DNA from: Octopus bimaculoides
Taxonomy: Eukaryota
Reading direction: 5' to 3'
Length of the DNA stretch: 37,692 bases
Assembly (NCBI RefSeq): GCF_001194135.2
Contig: NC_068997.1
Coordinates: forward strand, 35,707,673 to 35,745,364
The notes beneath the pieces were generated by a model. That model worked only from the letters and a program-made list of their open reading frames with translations, ran no database searches and was not told where the DNA came from. Below, piece after piece: positions 21,665-33,049 of the stretch; position 1 is the first letter of the stretch, and every line of letters begins with the position of its first letter. The position numbers were made by a program, and so were the translations under genes.

Positions 21665-21699
21665 TATGTGTGTGTGTGTGTTGTGCTGGTTTATAGTAT

Positions 21700-23240
21700 T
21701 AGAATAAAACTGTACACTAAGCTAAGCGACATTAGAAAGATGTACTGGCCAATCTTATATATTTACAAACTTGGAATGTGGCTATAATCGCACTCTTGAC
21801 ATATCTCTGATAGGCTCCAGGCCTGGGGATGCTGTTGGTAACGCCATTGCTGATGCTGTCGATATGGCGCAATGATTCAGCAATGTTATTGCCATGGTTA
21901 TCATTTCTGGTCATATGGTTGGCGATGTAGCTGCCAGTGTTAGTGTGGGCGCAACTAGTGGTAACATAAGGTGCAGGGCTGGTTATCCCATCGGTGTCAA
22001 TAATTGTTTGGTCATTGTCGGTGGTGGTGGTGGTAGTACTGGGGATGCTGGATACTTCCTCTGTGTTGCTGGTCCGGGATTGGTCATCATCTCTAGGTGT
22101 GGTGATTGTACTGGTGGTAATATATGGAGCGGGCCTGGCCATTCTATCGATGTCAATGATAATGGTTTGTTCCTCATCTTTGGCAGTGGTACTGGGGTTG
22201 TCGGTTACCTCCTCTGTGTCAATGGTCCTAATCTCTGGCTGTGGCGATGTACCAGTGCAAGACCTGGTTAATCTACTATTATTGCAGTTGGATGGTACAT
22301 TGCTAGTAATGAGGATAGCAGGTCTAGGTGTCACTATAGCTTAATAGATGACTACCCTGCAAGAGCAACCTGCCTCCTCCTGTGTATTGTGGGTGCTTGT
22401 TAAAATGCTTTTTATGTTAGGTGCAAAACTGCCTGTTAAATAATTGCCTGTATATATGTGTGCGTGTGAAATGTTTATCTATTAATTCAAGGAAACTCCT
22501 TCCCACACTAGTCTTGATGTTGAGCGAGAAGAGTGGTGCAAAACAAACGATGTTTCTGTGGCACTTCCTTTTCCGGGTGCTAGGGTCTGGCATGTAGGAA
22601 ATGCAGTCCTTAAACCCACTTGATTCAGGTGCCTCGTTGTAGTAGGGAGCAGCAGCGTTGAAGATGTCTTGGCTAGAGGATAGATTCAAGATCCTCACTT
22701 TTACACCCTTCACTAGGTTCTTGAAAACTATAGTTGGTGACAGGAGGCTGTGCTAATATAGAACAGTTTCTCATTTGGCTTGTGATAGGGCCTGTATGTA
22801 TCAGAGCCCAAATCTAAATAACATCCAGGAAATCTACTGTGGTGAGATTAGTCTCAATGGTGATCTTGAGTGTCATTGAGCCTAGGGACTTATTAGGTTC
22901 TTTCTAAGTCTATCTAGTGTGTGTCCTTTGGCTCCTCTAGAGATAGCTGGGGCGTTATCTCTGTTGAGACTGAAGAGGACCGAAGGAAACCTCTTCCCTA
23001 AGATGTCCAGGATGTACAGTCCGATAAGATCGCAGACATCGGCATTGTCATAGGCTCTCATAGCCACATTGAAACAGACATCAGAGTCAGATTGCTTGAC
23101 TCACATCAAATCTTTGTTGAACAGCACAGTCTTCCTGGCATGCATGATAACGCTAATATCACTAATATCTGTGAAACCCCCAATAAAGGAAAGTGCCTTC
23201 ATCCACAACTCCTTTGAAACTAATAGATTAAAGTCAAGTT
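21700..23240 (-). mobile_element. Penelope-like element: decayed RT plus GIY-YIG endonuclease with a Thr-rich insertion
   Basis: SKELWMKAL..IMHARKTVLFN; DNADVCDLIGLYILDIL; NRDN (YRDD-like); RNIVCFAPLFSLNIKTSVGRSFLELIDKHF; CSCRVVIY*AIV ... KYIRLASTSF*CR. Confidence 0.85.
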
Positions 23241-23778
23241 GAGGGGGGCCCTTGTTCACAGCAAGTTGTTTTACATCTATTACACTATTTTTCTTTTGTT
23301 TCTTGGCTGTGGTGAGGCGTCTCGGAACATTCATGATGTGAATGTTCCGAGTCCTCTCCCCACCCCGTTCGTGAGCGCGCGTTTTTTTCTTCATATTCGT
23401 TCCCAGCAAGTTGTTTTACACCTATTAGTCTATTTTTTTTTATTTATGAGCCCGGGTCAAACGCTTTAGTTTGACCAAGAAGTTATGGGGAGGACGGGGG
23501 TGCTATTATCCTTGCGTAAGGCAGAATTTTGACCAGTTGTAATATTTCCATTAAAAACTGTTAACGAATATGTAATTGCGATTATGATTAGGATAGGTGT
23601 CATAAATATGCTGTTTCATGAAAATTTCAGGCATCTTTATATTCCTGTATTGTTTCCTTTGTCGTGAATGTAGAATCACCCTACTTATTCTGTTACACTA
23701 CTCAATTCTACTGTGGAATCGCGATTGTATACACGTTGTCACATAGATCATACAGCTCAATAATATAGAATACCTTAC

Positions 23779-23913
23779 CGACACATAGATGTCAAGCACC
23801 CATCCATAAATTTTCAAAAACTGGAGTATTTTCTGGATGTGTTGTTTGACTGATACAACAGAGTCAATATTACTTGGCAAAGCAAATACAGAATCACGCT
23901 CCGCCATGTTCAT
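23779..23913 (-). CDS. Candidate first coding exon of a host gene; weak resemblance to the METTL25B/RRNAD1 N-terminus
   Basis: MNMAERDSVFALPSNIDSVVSVKQHIQKILQFLKIYGWVLDIYVS with Kozak-like AACATGG and phase-0 donor TCG|GTAAGG. Recalled similarity to RRNAD1 ..LALYRSILDAYII|EFF. The expected exon 2 was not found in this window. Confidence 0.45.
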
Positions 23914-24384
23914 AGCTATACTGCTACTCTCCACACCAAGGGTAATGTTCCAATTTTAGCTTGAATAATTTTAAAATAAATTATACCTTATATTTCGCAA
24001 AATGAGTTTATTATTAATAAATATGATCTAGAAACGAGAATCATAGGCAATTTTCATAATTTTTCCGACAGCATAAGTAAAGTTTCCCAAGCAAAGGTAG
24101 GATCAAGTTATTGTGAACAATATATCTTGATCATAACAACATTGCTGAAAGTTACTTTATTTATCATAACAATGCTACTTATAAACATTTAATAAGAACG
24201 TGTTTTGTAACACTGAAATACTAGTTTCTGAAGTAATTACTGGATTTATTACGAAGGTAAGTTGCATTACTATTTTAAAGATATTCATTTTTACCAGCTT
24301 TATTTAATCAAACATATGGCTTCACACACACTTATATACAACGTGACAAATTGAAATTAAAGTGTTCATTTTTTTTTTTTTTTA

Positions 24385-24694
24385 TACAATCGGAACCTCC
24401 GCCGCCATTGCGCGGGTGGAATTTAGGGGCGATAAACTTCGGAAATGTGTTTGAGAAATGTATAGAAATTCTGGAAATTTTTCTTTGCCGTAAATCCATA
24501 CATTCCTCGATACATAGATTCGTCGACGCGGGACCATTTCATATCGCCCGATGAACCAGTGACATACTTCAACCGTCTTGAATTGGGACCAATAGGTCTC
24601 TGTTGTTTGCGCAAGCGCCGGTTTCAGAGTCAACGAAGTTTTGTGAATGGTTTACCGTTCGGCGAATATGGTTAATATATAGATCCGCACCCGG
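24385..24694. promoter_or_regulatory. CpG-rich patch, candidate promoter or 5' exon region
   Basis: Dense CpG in a CpG-poor background. YY1-like CCGCCATT at about 24412-24419 and NRF1-like GCGCAAGCGC at about 24609-24618. Lies about 500 bp upstream of the candidate exon. Confidence 0.35.
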
Positions 24695-26516
24695 NNNNNN
24701 NNNNNNNNNNNNNNNNNNNNNNNNNNNNNNNNNNNNNNNNNNNNNNNNNNNNNNNNNNNNNNNNNNNNNNNNNNNNNNNNNNNNNNNNNNNNNNNNNNNN
24801 NNNNNNNNNNNNNNNNNNNNNNNNNNNNNNNNNNNNNNNNNNNNNNNNNNNNNNNNNNNNNNNNNNNNNNNNNNNNNNNNNNNNNNNNNNNNNNNNNNNN
24901 NNNNNNNNNNNNNNNNNNNNNNNNNNNNNNNNNNNNNNNNNNNNNNNNNNNNNNNNNNNNNNNNNNNNNNNNNNNNNNNNNNNNNNNNNNNNNNNNNNNN
25001 NNNNNNNNNNNNNNNNNNNNNNNNNNNNNNNNNNNNNNNNNNNNNNNNNNNNNNNNNNNNNNNNNNNNNNNNNNNNNNNNNNNNNNNNNNNNNNNNNNNN
25101 NNNNNNNNNNNNNNNNNNNNNNNNNNNNNNNNNNNNNNNNNNNNNNNNNNNNNNNNNNNNNNNNNNNNNNNNNNNNNNNNNNNNNNNNNNNNNNNNNNNN
25201 NNNNNNNNNNNNNNNNNNNNNNNNNNNNNNNNNNNNNNNNNNNNNNNNNNNNNNNNNNNNNNNNNNNNNNNNNNNNNNNNNNNNNNNNNNNNNNNNNNNN
25301 NNNNNNNNNNNNNNNNNNNNNNNNNNNNNNNNNNNNNNNNNNNNNNNNNNNNNNNNNNNNNNNNNNNNNNNNNNNNNNNNNNNNNNNNNNNNNNNNNNNN
25401 NNNNNNNNNNNNNNNNNNNNNNNNNNNNNNNNNNNNNNNNNNNNNNNNNNNNNNNNNNNNNNNNNNNNNNNNNNNNNNNNNNNNNNNNNNNNNNNNNNNN
25501 NNNNNNNNNNNNNNNNNNNNNNNNNNNNNNNNNNNNNNNNNNNNNNNNNNNNNNNNNNNNNNNNNNNNNNNNNNNNNNNNNNNNNNNNNNNNNNNNNNNN
25601 NNNNNNNNNNNNNNNNNNNNNNNNNNNNNNNNNNNNNNNNNNNNNNNNNNNNNNNNNNNNNNNNNNNNNNNNNNNNNNNNNNNNNGATTCTGAAAAAAAT
25701 TTGTTTGTAAAATTTCAATTTTTCAACAAGAAAAAAAAAAAAATACCCGCAGGTCTTCAAGCAGGCTATCCACATGCTAGAAATAACAGCCAAATCTCGC
25801 AAAACTGCGATAACAACGAAATTTTGAAAATGCGATTTTTGAAATTTGTTTTTTTTTTTCAGAATCAGATCCTCCATAACCAAAAACGTGGTATTCCGTA
25901 AAATAAAAAATCAATATATATCTATTTTACCCGAATTTATGATGGAAAAATCGGATCGGATCTTGTGAATTTTCTGAAAGTCCCCTCTTCCACCCTCCAG
26001 GGTCGTCAGCGCGCATTTTGTTTCCATATTCGTTTTCCACACACTTGTTTGTACCCCCCAGACTGGTTTATTTATTTATTTTTTGTTCCCTGGTGAAGGT
26101 TTGTATGTTGACCCACATTTTCTATTATCACAGCTTCCAGTGTTGTGCTTCTGTTGAGTACGCGCTAACACACGACATCCAAGGCTGTCGCCAAGCCCCT
26201 GCAACCCCTGCGGCCGCAGGGAGCCTACGCAGTTGAGGGGGCTCCTTGTGAAGATCAAAGTACGTAGATGAGTCATCTATTTACTTTCGTCAAGATGTTG
26301 AACAAGAATTAAACTGTCTATGTTTAGTGAAAATTTCAAGAAATAAAATGGTAATACACTGTACCTACAAAGGTTCTTTTTAAAATATTGCATTGTACCA
26401 CGAACTGCCCTACCTACATATGTTCTTTAGGATGAACTTCAGATAGAATTAAAAAAAATATAGCTATGAATAAAAAGGTGTGTAGTGGTTAAGTGTGTAT
26501 CAGTATGTGTTAAGGT

Positions 26517-27550
26517 TGTAGAACAACCGTGCAAACCAAAGGAGAAATGGTGATGAATGGAAAACAGGCTCCTTTTAAAGTGTTGCACGGTTGACACAAG
26601 AATATAATATTATGTTATAATACTATAACATAGAGAATTCGCATATGAAATGCGAAGGAGTGCCAGTAAGGTAAGGATAGAAATGCAACCGATAAAGATG
26701 AATAACAGTAAGATTTATTGGAGCATTAAACTGTATGTCTGTGTGTGAGTGTGAATGCGACATATTAAAACACAATATAAGACAGGCCGTCATGTAAACA
26801 GAAGAGTGTGTATACAAATATATGTATGTGAATGCAAGAGATACAGAGGATAGAACAGAGTCAGTAACACGGATAAGAATATACCAGTTCTGTTAAGGTA
26901 CACAGTAGTTAAAAAGTCTGTATATAAGGCTTGAGGCAGAGCTAAGTCACTTGTCATGCAGTTGAGGCTTTGATGCCGGGCCGGATTCTTGATACAGATG
27001 TTCTTCNNNNNNNNNNNNNNNNNNNNNNNNNNNNNNNNNNNNNNNNNNNNNNNNNNNNNNNNNNNNNNNNNNNNNNNNNNNNNNNNNNNNNNNNNNNNNN
27101 NNNNNNNNNNNNNNNNNNNNNNNNNNNNNNNNNNNNNNNNNNNNNNNNNNNNNNNNNNNNNNNNNNNNNNNNNNNNNNNNNNNNNNNNNNNNNNNNNNNN
27201 NNNNNNNNNNNNNNNNNNNNNNNNNNNNNNNNNNNNNNNNNNNNNNNNNNNNNNNNNNNNNNNNNNNNNNNNNNNNNNNNNNNNNNNNNNNNNNNNNNTC
27301 TGTAGCCGTGGATAATTTAGGCTATTTATAGGTACAAGGAGGCTCCAGAGACCATCAGAAAAACACTCTCTCACGTGACCTTATTAGTGGCTACGGTTGG
27401 TCGGTTTGCGTCCTGGCGCGAATGGACTGGAGGCAAATGCCGCGAAAATAAAAGTCAGTCAGTTGATGACACAGCAAGGCGGGAAAGAGTTGTTCCCTGC
27501 TACGCTCGCATTTGTAAATAAATAACCGTGAGAGAGGTGGTTTCACTACA
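26517..27550 (-). mobile_element. LTR family 2, copy 1 (interrupted by an insertion or gap)
   Basis: TGTAGAAC...CACTACA termini. 26517-26950 and 27355-27550 align to 27748-28364. Extra sequence and an N gap lie between. Confidence 0.82.
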
Positions 27551-27726
27551 TTAGCCTCGCACCAGTCGGTTTGTCGAAGACAAACAGACGAAACAGGAAA
27601 TAATTGTAGTGAAAAAACTGAAAAAATGGTTGGTCCTATACTGGCATTTAGTCACCATTTAAGTGAAGCTGTGTGAACAGAATCACTTTGGGCTGTATGT
27701 TAGCATCACGTTGGGCTGCGCATGGG

Positions 27727-27744
27727 ATCACGTCGGGGTCACCA
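27727..27744 (-). other. Primer-binding site complementary to the tRNA-Trp 3' end
   Basis: ATCACGTCGGGGTCACCA is an 18/18 match to the recalled eukaryotic tRNA-Trp 3' end with CCA, 3 nt from the LTR edge. Confidence 0.9.
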
Positions 27745-27747
27745 GTT

Positions 27748-28364
27748 TGTAGAACGACCGTGCGAACCAAAGGAGAAATGGTGACGAATGGAAAACAGGC
27801 TCCTTGTAACGCGTCGCACGGTCGACACAAAATATATGAGATATGTTATAATACAATAACATAGAGAATTCGCATGTGAAATGCAAAGGAATGCCAGTAA
27901 GGAAGAGATAGAGACGCAACCGGTAAAGATGAATAACAGTAAGATTTATTGGAGCATTAAACTGTATGTCTGTGTGTGAGTGTGAATTTGACATAATGAA
28001 AGACAATATAAGACAGGCCGTCATGTAAACAAAAGAGTGTGTATACAAATATATGTATGTGAATGCAAGAGATACAGAGTATAGAAAGAGTCTGTAACAC
28101 GGATAAGAATATACCAGTTCTTAGAAAGTCTGTATATAAGAGGTTAAGGTTGTGGCAGAGCTAAGTCATCAGAAAAACACTCTCTCACATGACCTTATTA
28201 GTGGCTACGGTTGGTCGGTTTGCATCCTGGCGTGAACGAACTGGAGGCAAATGCCGCGAAAATAAAAGTCAGTCAGGTGATGACACAGCAAGGCGGGAAA
28301 GAGTCGTTCCCTTCTACGCTCGCATTTGTAAATAAATAACCGTGAGAGAGGTGGTTTCACTACA
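27748..28364 (-). mobile_element. LTR family 2, copy 2 (5' LTR), 617 bp
   Basis: TGTAG...CTACA termini with an adjacent PBS. Minus-strand AATAAA near 27945. Confidence 0.88.
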
Positions 28365-29605
28365 AAGTGAACAAATGCGATAGGCATGTGGATGCCTTTG
28401 AGTAAACAAATAAATGACATCGATTCAAAGTTAAAATAATTTATTTACTGTACTTGCATTTGCCTTTGGTATACAATATTCTTCACTACTTGTAATTGTT
28501 GACAACTGCTACATGTTGCTAGTAATAGAAACAGGGCACATCTGTGGAGGTGATATGTCAGAACTGAATATGTTTGTGTGTGTGTGTGCATCGTTCATCT
28601 GAGAAAGTTAGTCTGTCATGAACCTTCGTTCAAACATTTCTCTCGTTCTCTGCTTGTCTGCGTCCACAGCCTTTCTGTTTGCGCCCTAGGCCTTTCTGTC
28701 TGTCTCTCTGTTGACCACGGTATTTTATAACCGCTGTGGCAGCTAGAAGGACAGACATACTGCAGCAGAGATTGTGCCTAAATAGGTCAGCTCCTGTCCA
28801 TTTGAACTTCACCTGACATGGCTGAGGTCGTAGGTCAAAGGAGATGATTTATAATTTTTTTGACAGGACAAAACCTTTTTACGTGCCTGTTGATTGTGGT
28901 GGTTTGGACGAACAAAAATCCTTAGATTCGGTTTTGAATCTAAACTTGGAGAAGGAAGTGTTAATTTTTACACTACCTCCCTTCTAGTGAGAAAGCCACA
29001 GAGATCGAACGATATTGGAAATGTTATTTTGTGTGTAATGCAGAAAAAATTTACAGTGTAACAGATAAATGAATATATGTCAAAAACATGGGAAATAAAA
29101 GTATAAAAATATGAAGCAAAAAAGATTCACTGTTGGTGTGTGTAATATGGTAGGCAATACATATATGTGCCCAGGCAGAAACATGTTGGCATGTTGAAAG
29201 AGATGTGCGTCTATTGATTACTTGACCCACTAGAGGTCTAATAGAGGCAAGATGTCTTTCAGTGGTGCAAAAGATCCAGTGATAACACACATGAGAATGT
29301 GAGTGTTGCAAGTGTGTGTAAGCATACAGGGAGCAAAACATTTAAAAGAAGGCAAAACATTTTTAAAAGAAAGCAAAACGTATGTGCATGCAAGGAATTG
29401 ACAGAAAAATGAAAAATGTTTGTAAAATGTTCAATCAATGTTTTGCGTAGATGTAAAAAAATTTTTTTTTTTTATGCAAAATGTTCATTGATTTCTTTTG
29501 GTTTGTATGCGGGTGATGCAGTCATTTGGGTTTTATTTTGATGTAGGCATTTCATTTGAGAAGATGGTAGCTTAAGAGTTTGAACTTACCTGAACGACTT
29601 GCAGG

Positions 29606-30600
29606 TCAGTGAACTGTTCTTCCCAATTTGGTGTGCCAGGGTTGTGCAGAATCTGAGGTGTTTACTGGAGTTGTTGAGTCCATTTGAGGAACAGAAGGAA
29701 CTGAAGGCAAGACCTCCTTGATGTAGGCTTTTTTTAAACGATCAACTGATACAGTATTTCGTTTACCTCCAATATCAAGAACGAAATACTTTGGTTCTTT
29801 TTTAAGCACTTTGTAGGGCCCGGAATATGGTGGCTGAAGTTGAGATGGTGTCCCATCGTTTCTCACGAAAACATGAATCCAAGTATTGATGTCCTTTGGG
29901 ACCTGTGAAGCGACGTTCTGTTGTCTGGGGGCTGCAGGGGACAAATTTGACATGGCTGTCCGTAATCGGTGCACATATTTGGCTGGGTCAGGAAGGTCTT
30001 GTGGTGAAACAGGTTCGATCATCTGCTCAGGTAAGGTGAGTGCTGTGCCATAGACTAGTTCAGCTGGAGTATGTCCAACTTCCTTCTTAATCGTAGATTG
30101 AATACCAAGGAGGATGAGAGGGAGATGTTCCAACGAGTTAGAACAGTCTGAATATGCTTTTATAGCTGCCTTGAGTTGGTGGTGAAAGCTTTCGACCATG
30201 CCATTTGCTGCAGGTTGGTAAGCTGTAGTGCGGGTGTGTTTACATCCAAGGAGACAAGTCAGCTCAGTGAAGAGGTAGGAATCAAACTGACGTCCTCTGT
30301 CGGTGGTGATAGTTGTGGGTGTGCCAAAATGCAAAACCCATTGGGATATCAGCGTTTTGGCAACCGTTTCTGCCGAAGTATTAGATAAGGGCCAAGCTTC
30401 AGGCCACTGCGAAAAATGATCCACACAGGTGAGCAGATGTGTACAAGTCTGTGAAGGTGGTAGGGGTCCCACGATGTCAATGTGTACATGCTGAAATTGT
30501 GCATCGGGTTGTGAAAAGGAACCAATTGGTGATTTTATGTGTCGGTGGATTTTCGCTTTTTGGTACGCAACACAGCACTTAGTCTATTCTCTGATATCCT
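29606..30600 (-). mobile_element. Gypsy-type integrase remnant (partial HHCC domain, D-D35-E core, C-terminal domain)
   Basis: QKAKIHRH..HVHIDIVGPLP..VDHFSQWPEA..TDRGRQF..NGMVESFH (35 aa between D and E)..GPYKVL..VSVDRLK. Upstream gag-pol and LTRs are absent. Confidence 0.92.
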
Positions 30601-30602
30601 TG

Positions 30603-30800
30603 TTACCTCTGCCAAGGAAGGAGGTTATGTTTTTATTGGAGTTGGTTTGTCCGTCTGTGTGCAAAATAACTCAAAAAGTTGTGAACGGTATTTGATGAAA
30701 CTTGCAGGAAAAGTTGGTAATGACACAAGGAACAGATGATGAAATTTTGGTAGTGATCCGGGAATGTTTATGGATTCTTGAAGGATTTTTCATTTGTTAT
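30603..30800. mobile_element. Short non-autonomous element (HINE/Helentron-like) truncating the integrase
   Basis: Starts TTACCTCTGCCAAGGAAGGAGGTTATG, with an ACCTC/GAGGT hairpin, followed by TTTGTCCGTCTGT..GATGAAATTTTGGTAGTGATCCGG. Resembles a recalled widespread repeat type. Confidence 0.45.
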
Positions 30801-31099
30801 ATTTACTTTACATTAAGTATTACAATGTTACATTCTTTGATTATCTCCCTTGAAAATACGTTCATCATTTCCACGTAACCTTTGGTGATGTTGCTGTTTC
30901 CGAAGTTTATTTTCGTTTCTCTATTAGTAATTTTACTCGTGTATCTATCTTAAAAGTCTTGACTATTGAGATCGACTCAAAAAGCTCAGGCTTTGCTCCC
31001 TCCACCGCCGCTGTGAGCTCTGTATCATCTGTATGATGTGGAAAATATTCCATTAACATTGCCCATCTTTAAAATTCATCCGAGGCTTGGCCCCCGTGA

Positions 31100-31435
31100 C
31101 ATCCGTCCACTACAGAAATGTCCGTGTCGTATCACAACACTATGACAGAACTATTTCACCTCAATTGGCCCTGCTCTCTTCAACATCGTGCCAGACAAAC
31201 ATAAAGGAGAAAAGTGACTTCACAGCATTCAAAAGATTCCTAGATGATTACCTCCAACAAATACCAGATAAACCACTCACACCCAGACATGTCTCTGAAA
31301 ACAATAGCCCTCTGCTTGAATGGGCTACGGTTCCCTAGAGCTGACTGTGTATCTCCTCCAGGTGGTGCTATTAGATTAGACATGGCCTGAGTCATCTTTG
31401 GCCGAAGCATAACAAAGTAATCTAATCTATGCTGT
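31100..31435 (+). mobile_element. CR1/Jockey-like LINE 3' end
   Basis: FKRFLDDYLQQIPDKPLTP...NNSPLLEW* followed by a short UTR ending AAGTAATCTAATCTA. Confidence 0.55.
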
Positions 31436-31887
31436 AACCTTTTAATCAAAGGATGACAACATGGGTAGAGGCTGATATCTTAACATTTCTGATGGTCTTA
31501 AGTGTAAAGTATTTTTTTCTGCCTGCCAGTAAGAATTTTTGCTGCCATTGTTGACTTTGTTATAGTTATTATCGCTGTTATTCCGTGAAGGATTGCCATT
31601 ACTGAACTGTTGAACCATATTTTTTCCTGGTTTTATTTTAAAATTTTATTGTCAAAAAAAAACGGTGAATAGTCTTTTTAGATTATTCTGTGCCCTTCCC
31701 CCTGACGGGGGTGGGATTTGAAACATCTTAGTCCTCTTTTAGAGGAGAACATTATTTTCCCAGCTTGAAAAATATTTTTTCATAGGTTTCCCCGTTTGTG
31801 TGGGAAAAATACTATTATGTCTATTGAAATTATTTCGCAAAAGGAGTCACTCATTGAGAGTGAAAACATGATGAGCTGTTTAAAAGA

Positions 31888-33031
31888 ATGAAGCAGGAGG
31901 GTCGTGATGTAAAAATATCACCCTCAGCTTCGATTATTAATACGGAGAAACAGACCGTGATATTTAAACATTTCGAAAAAGATACCATCGAAAAATGCCT
32001 GTCCCCGATTTGGAGAGACATAGTTTATATCGCTAGGAGACGGGCATATGGATTAGTAGAGGTTCGTTTCTCAGCGGAAGAGGTGGCCCATGATACAAGT
32101 ATCATGCTCTTCCCCACAATATTGGCTGGGAAGAAGCATCAACATTCTTATACAGGGGACACAAGAAGACCTTCAGGATCTTCCCGAAAGGGTGCTCGTG
32201 GGCGAGAATGTGGCCCTTAAGGTACAGGTCGAGGACAGAAAGCTCGCCTGTTACGCCTGCGGCAAAAAAGGCCACATTCAAGTGGATTGTCCGGAGGTAA
32301 AGAAAAGAAGAGAAGCAGCACAGACACCAGGCCCTTCAGAACCCCACCTCCAAAAAGAAACCCCATCCTCACAAATTCATCGACCCCGACACTAACAAAA
32401 AATCCCACTCTCTCTGTTTCGGTGCCTACCCCACAACAAACTGGAAAAATTACCCAGTCCCCACATGCACAAGCCCCCACACTACCACCCACCCCATCCC
32501 TGTGAAAATTGTGGCACCACCTGAACCCAATATAACACCCCCAGAAAACAGCATGGCGACATCAGAGGGGGAGTTTAGAACTGTGGAAAACAATAGGAAA
32601 AAAAGAACACATGAACTATCCCCGTCCACATCCCCTACAAAAAATAAAAACAACACAGACAAGACACCACAGACACCCAAAAAATCCCGCCTAGCTGACC
32701 CAGAAAAAAAAGAAGGAAAAAAGGGGAAAAAAATTATTATGATGATGACATGAAAAGCGAACTTGTGTTGATCGAATTCGATACGAGAGACTCCTATATC
32801 AGGGGCGTAGTGTTGCCACACCACACTACAAGACTTTATAAACAACTGGAGGGACATAAGGAAAGATGTGCCTGGATTGGTGAAGAAACATTCAGGCAGC
32901 TGAAGGCTTGGCACCCGAAATCAATCCGAAAATTGGACAAGTTGCCAAAATACTTAGAGAAGGAGGAAAGGGGAGGGGCCGACGAGTGCATGGTGAGATC
33001 GGCGCCAACCTCTCCAGTAAAACGTAAGTAG
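31888..33031 (+). pseudogene. LINE ORF1 (CCHC zinc knuckle, low-complexity linker, C-terminal block), frameshifted
   Basis: CYACGKKGHIQVDC at about 32247-32288. Five overlapping ORF pieces in different frames. Confidence 0.7.
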
Positions 33032-33049
33032 AACCATTTCTTCTTTCAA

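Noticed and set aside
23321-23351. Hammerhead ribozyme associated with Penelope
   Set aside because: No CTGATGA core with a matching GAAA on either strand. It is a simple hairpin.
24382-24633. Minus-strand ORFs (83 aa and 63 aa) in the CpG patch, followed by a poly-A run
   Set aside because: No recognisable homology, start context or splice pattern. Cannot be supported as a gene or retrocopy.
25686-25866. Inverted repeat GATTCTGAAAAAAA / TTTTTTTCAGAATC
   Set aside because: Mostly homopolymer and abuts a gap. It is probably internal to an unclassified DNA element, and no TSD can be checked.
24603-25901. Long ORFs at 24603-25901, 24672-25883, 26790-27374 and 36150-37128
   Set aside because: Artefacts of reading through N gaps and microsatellites.
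27727-27744. tRNA-Trp gene
   Set aside because: Only the 3' 18 nt including CCA are present, adjacent to an LTR. It is a PBS.
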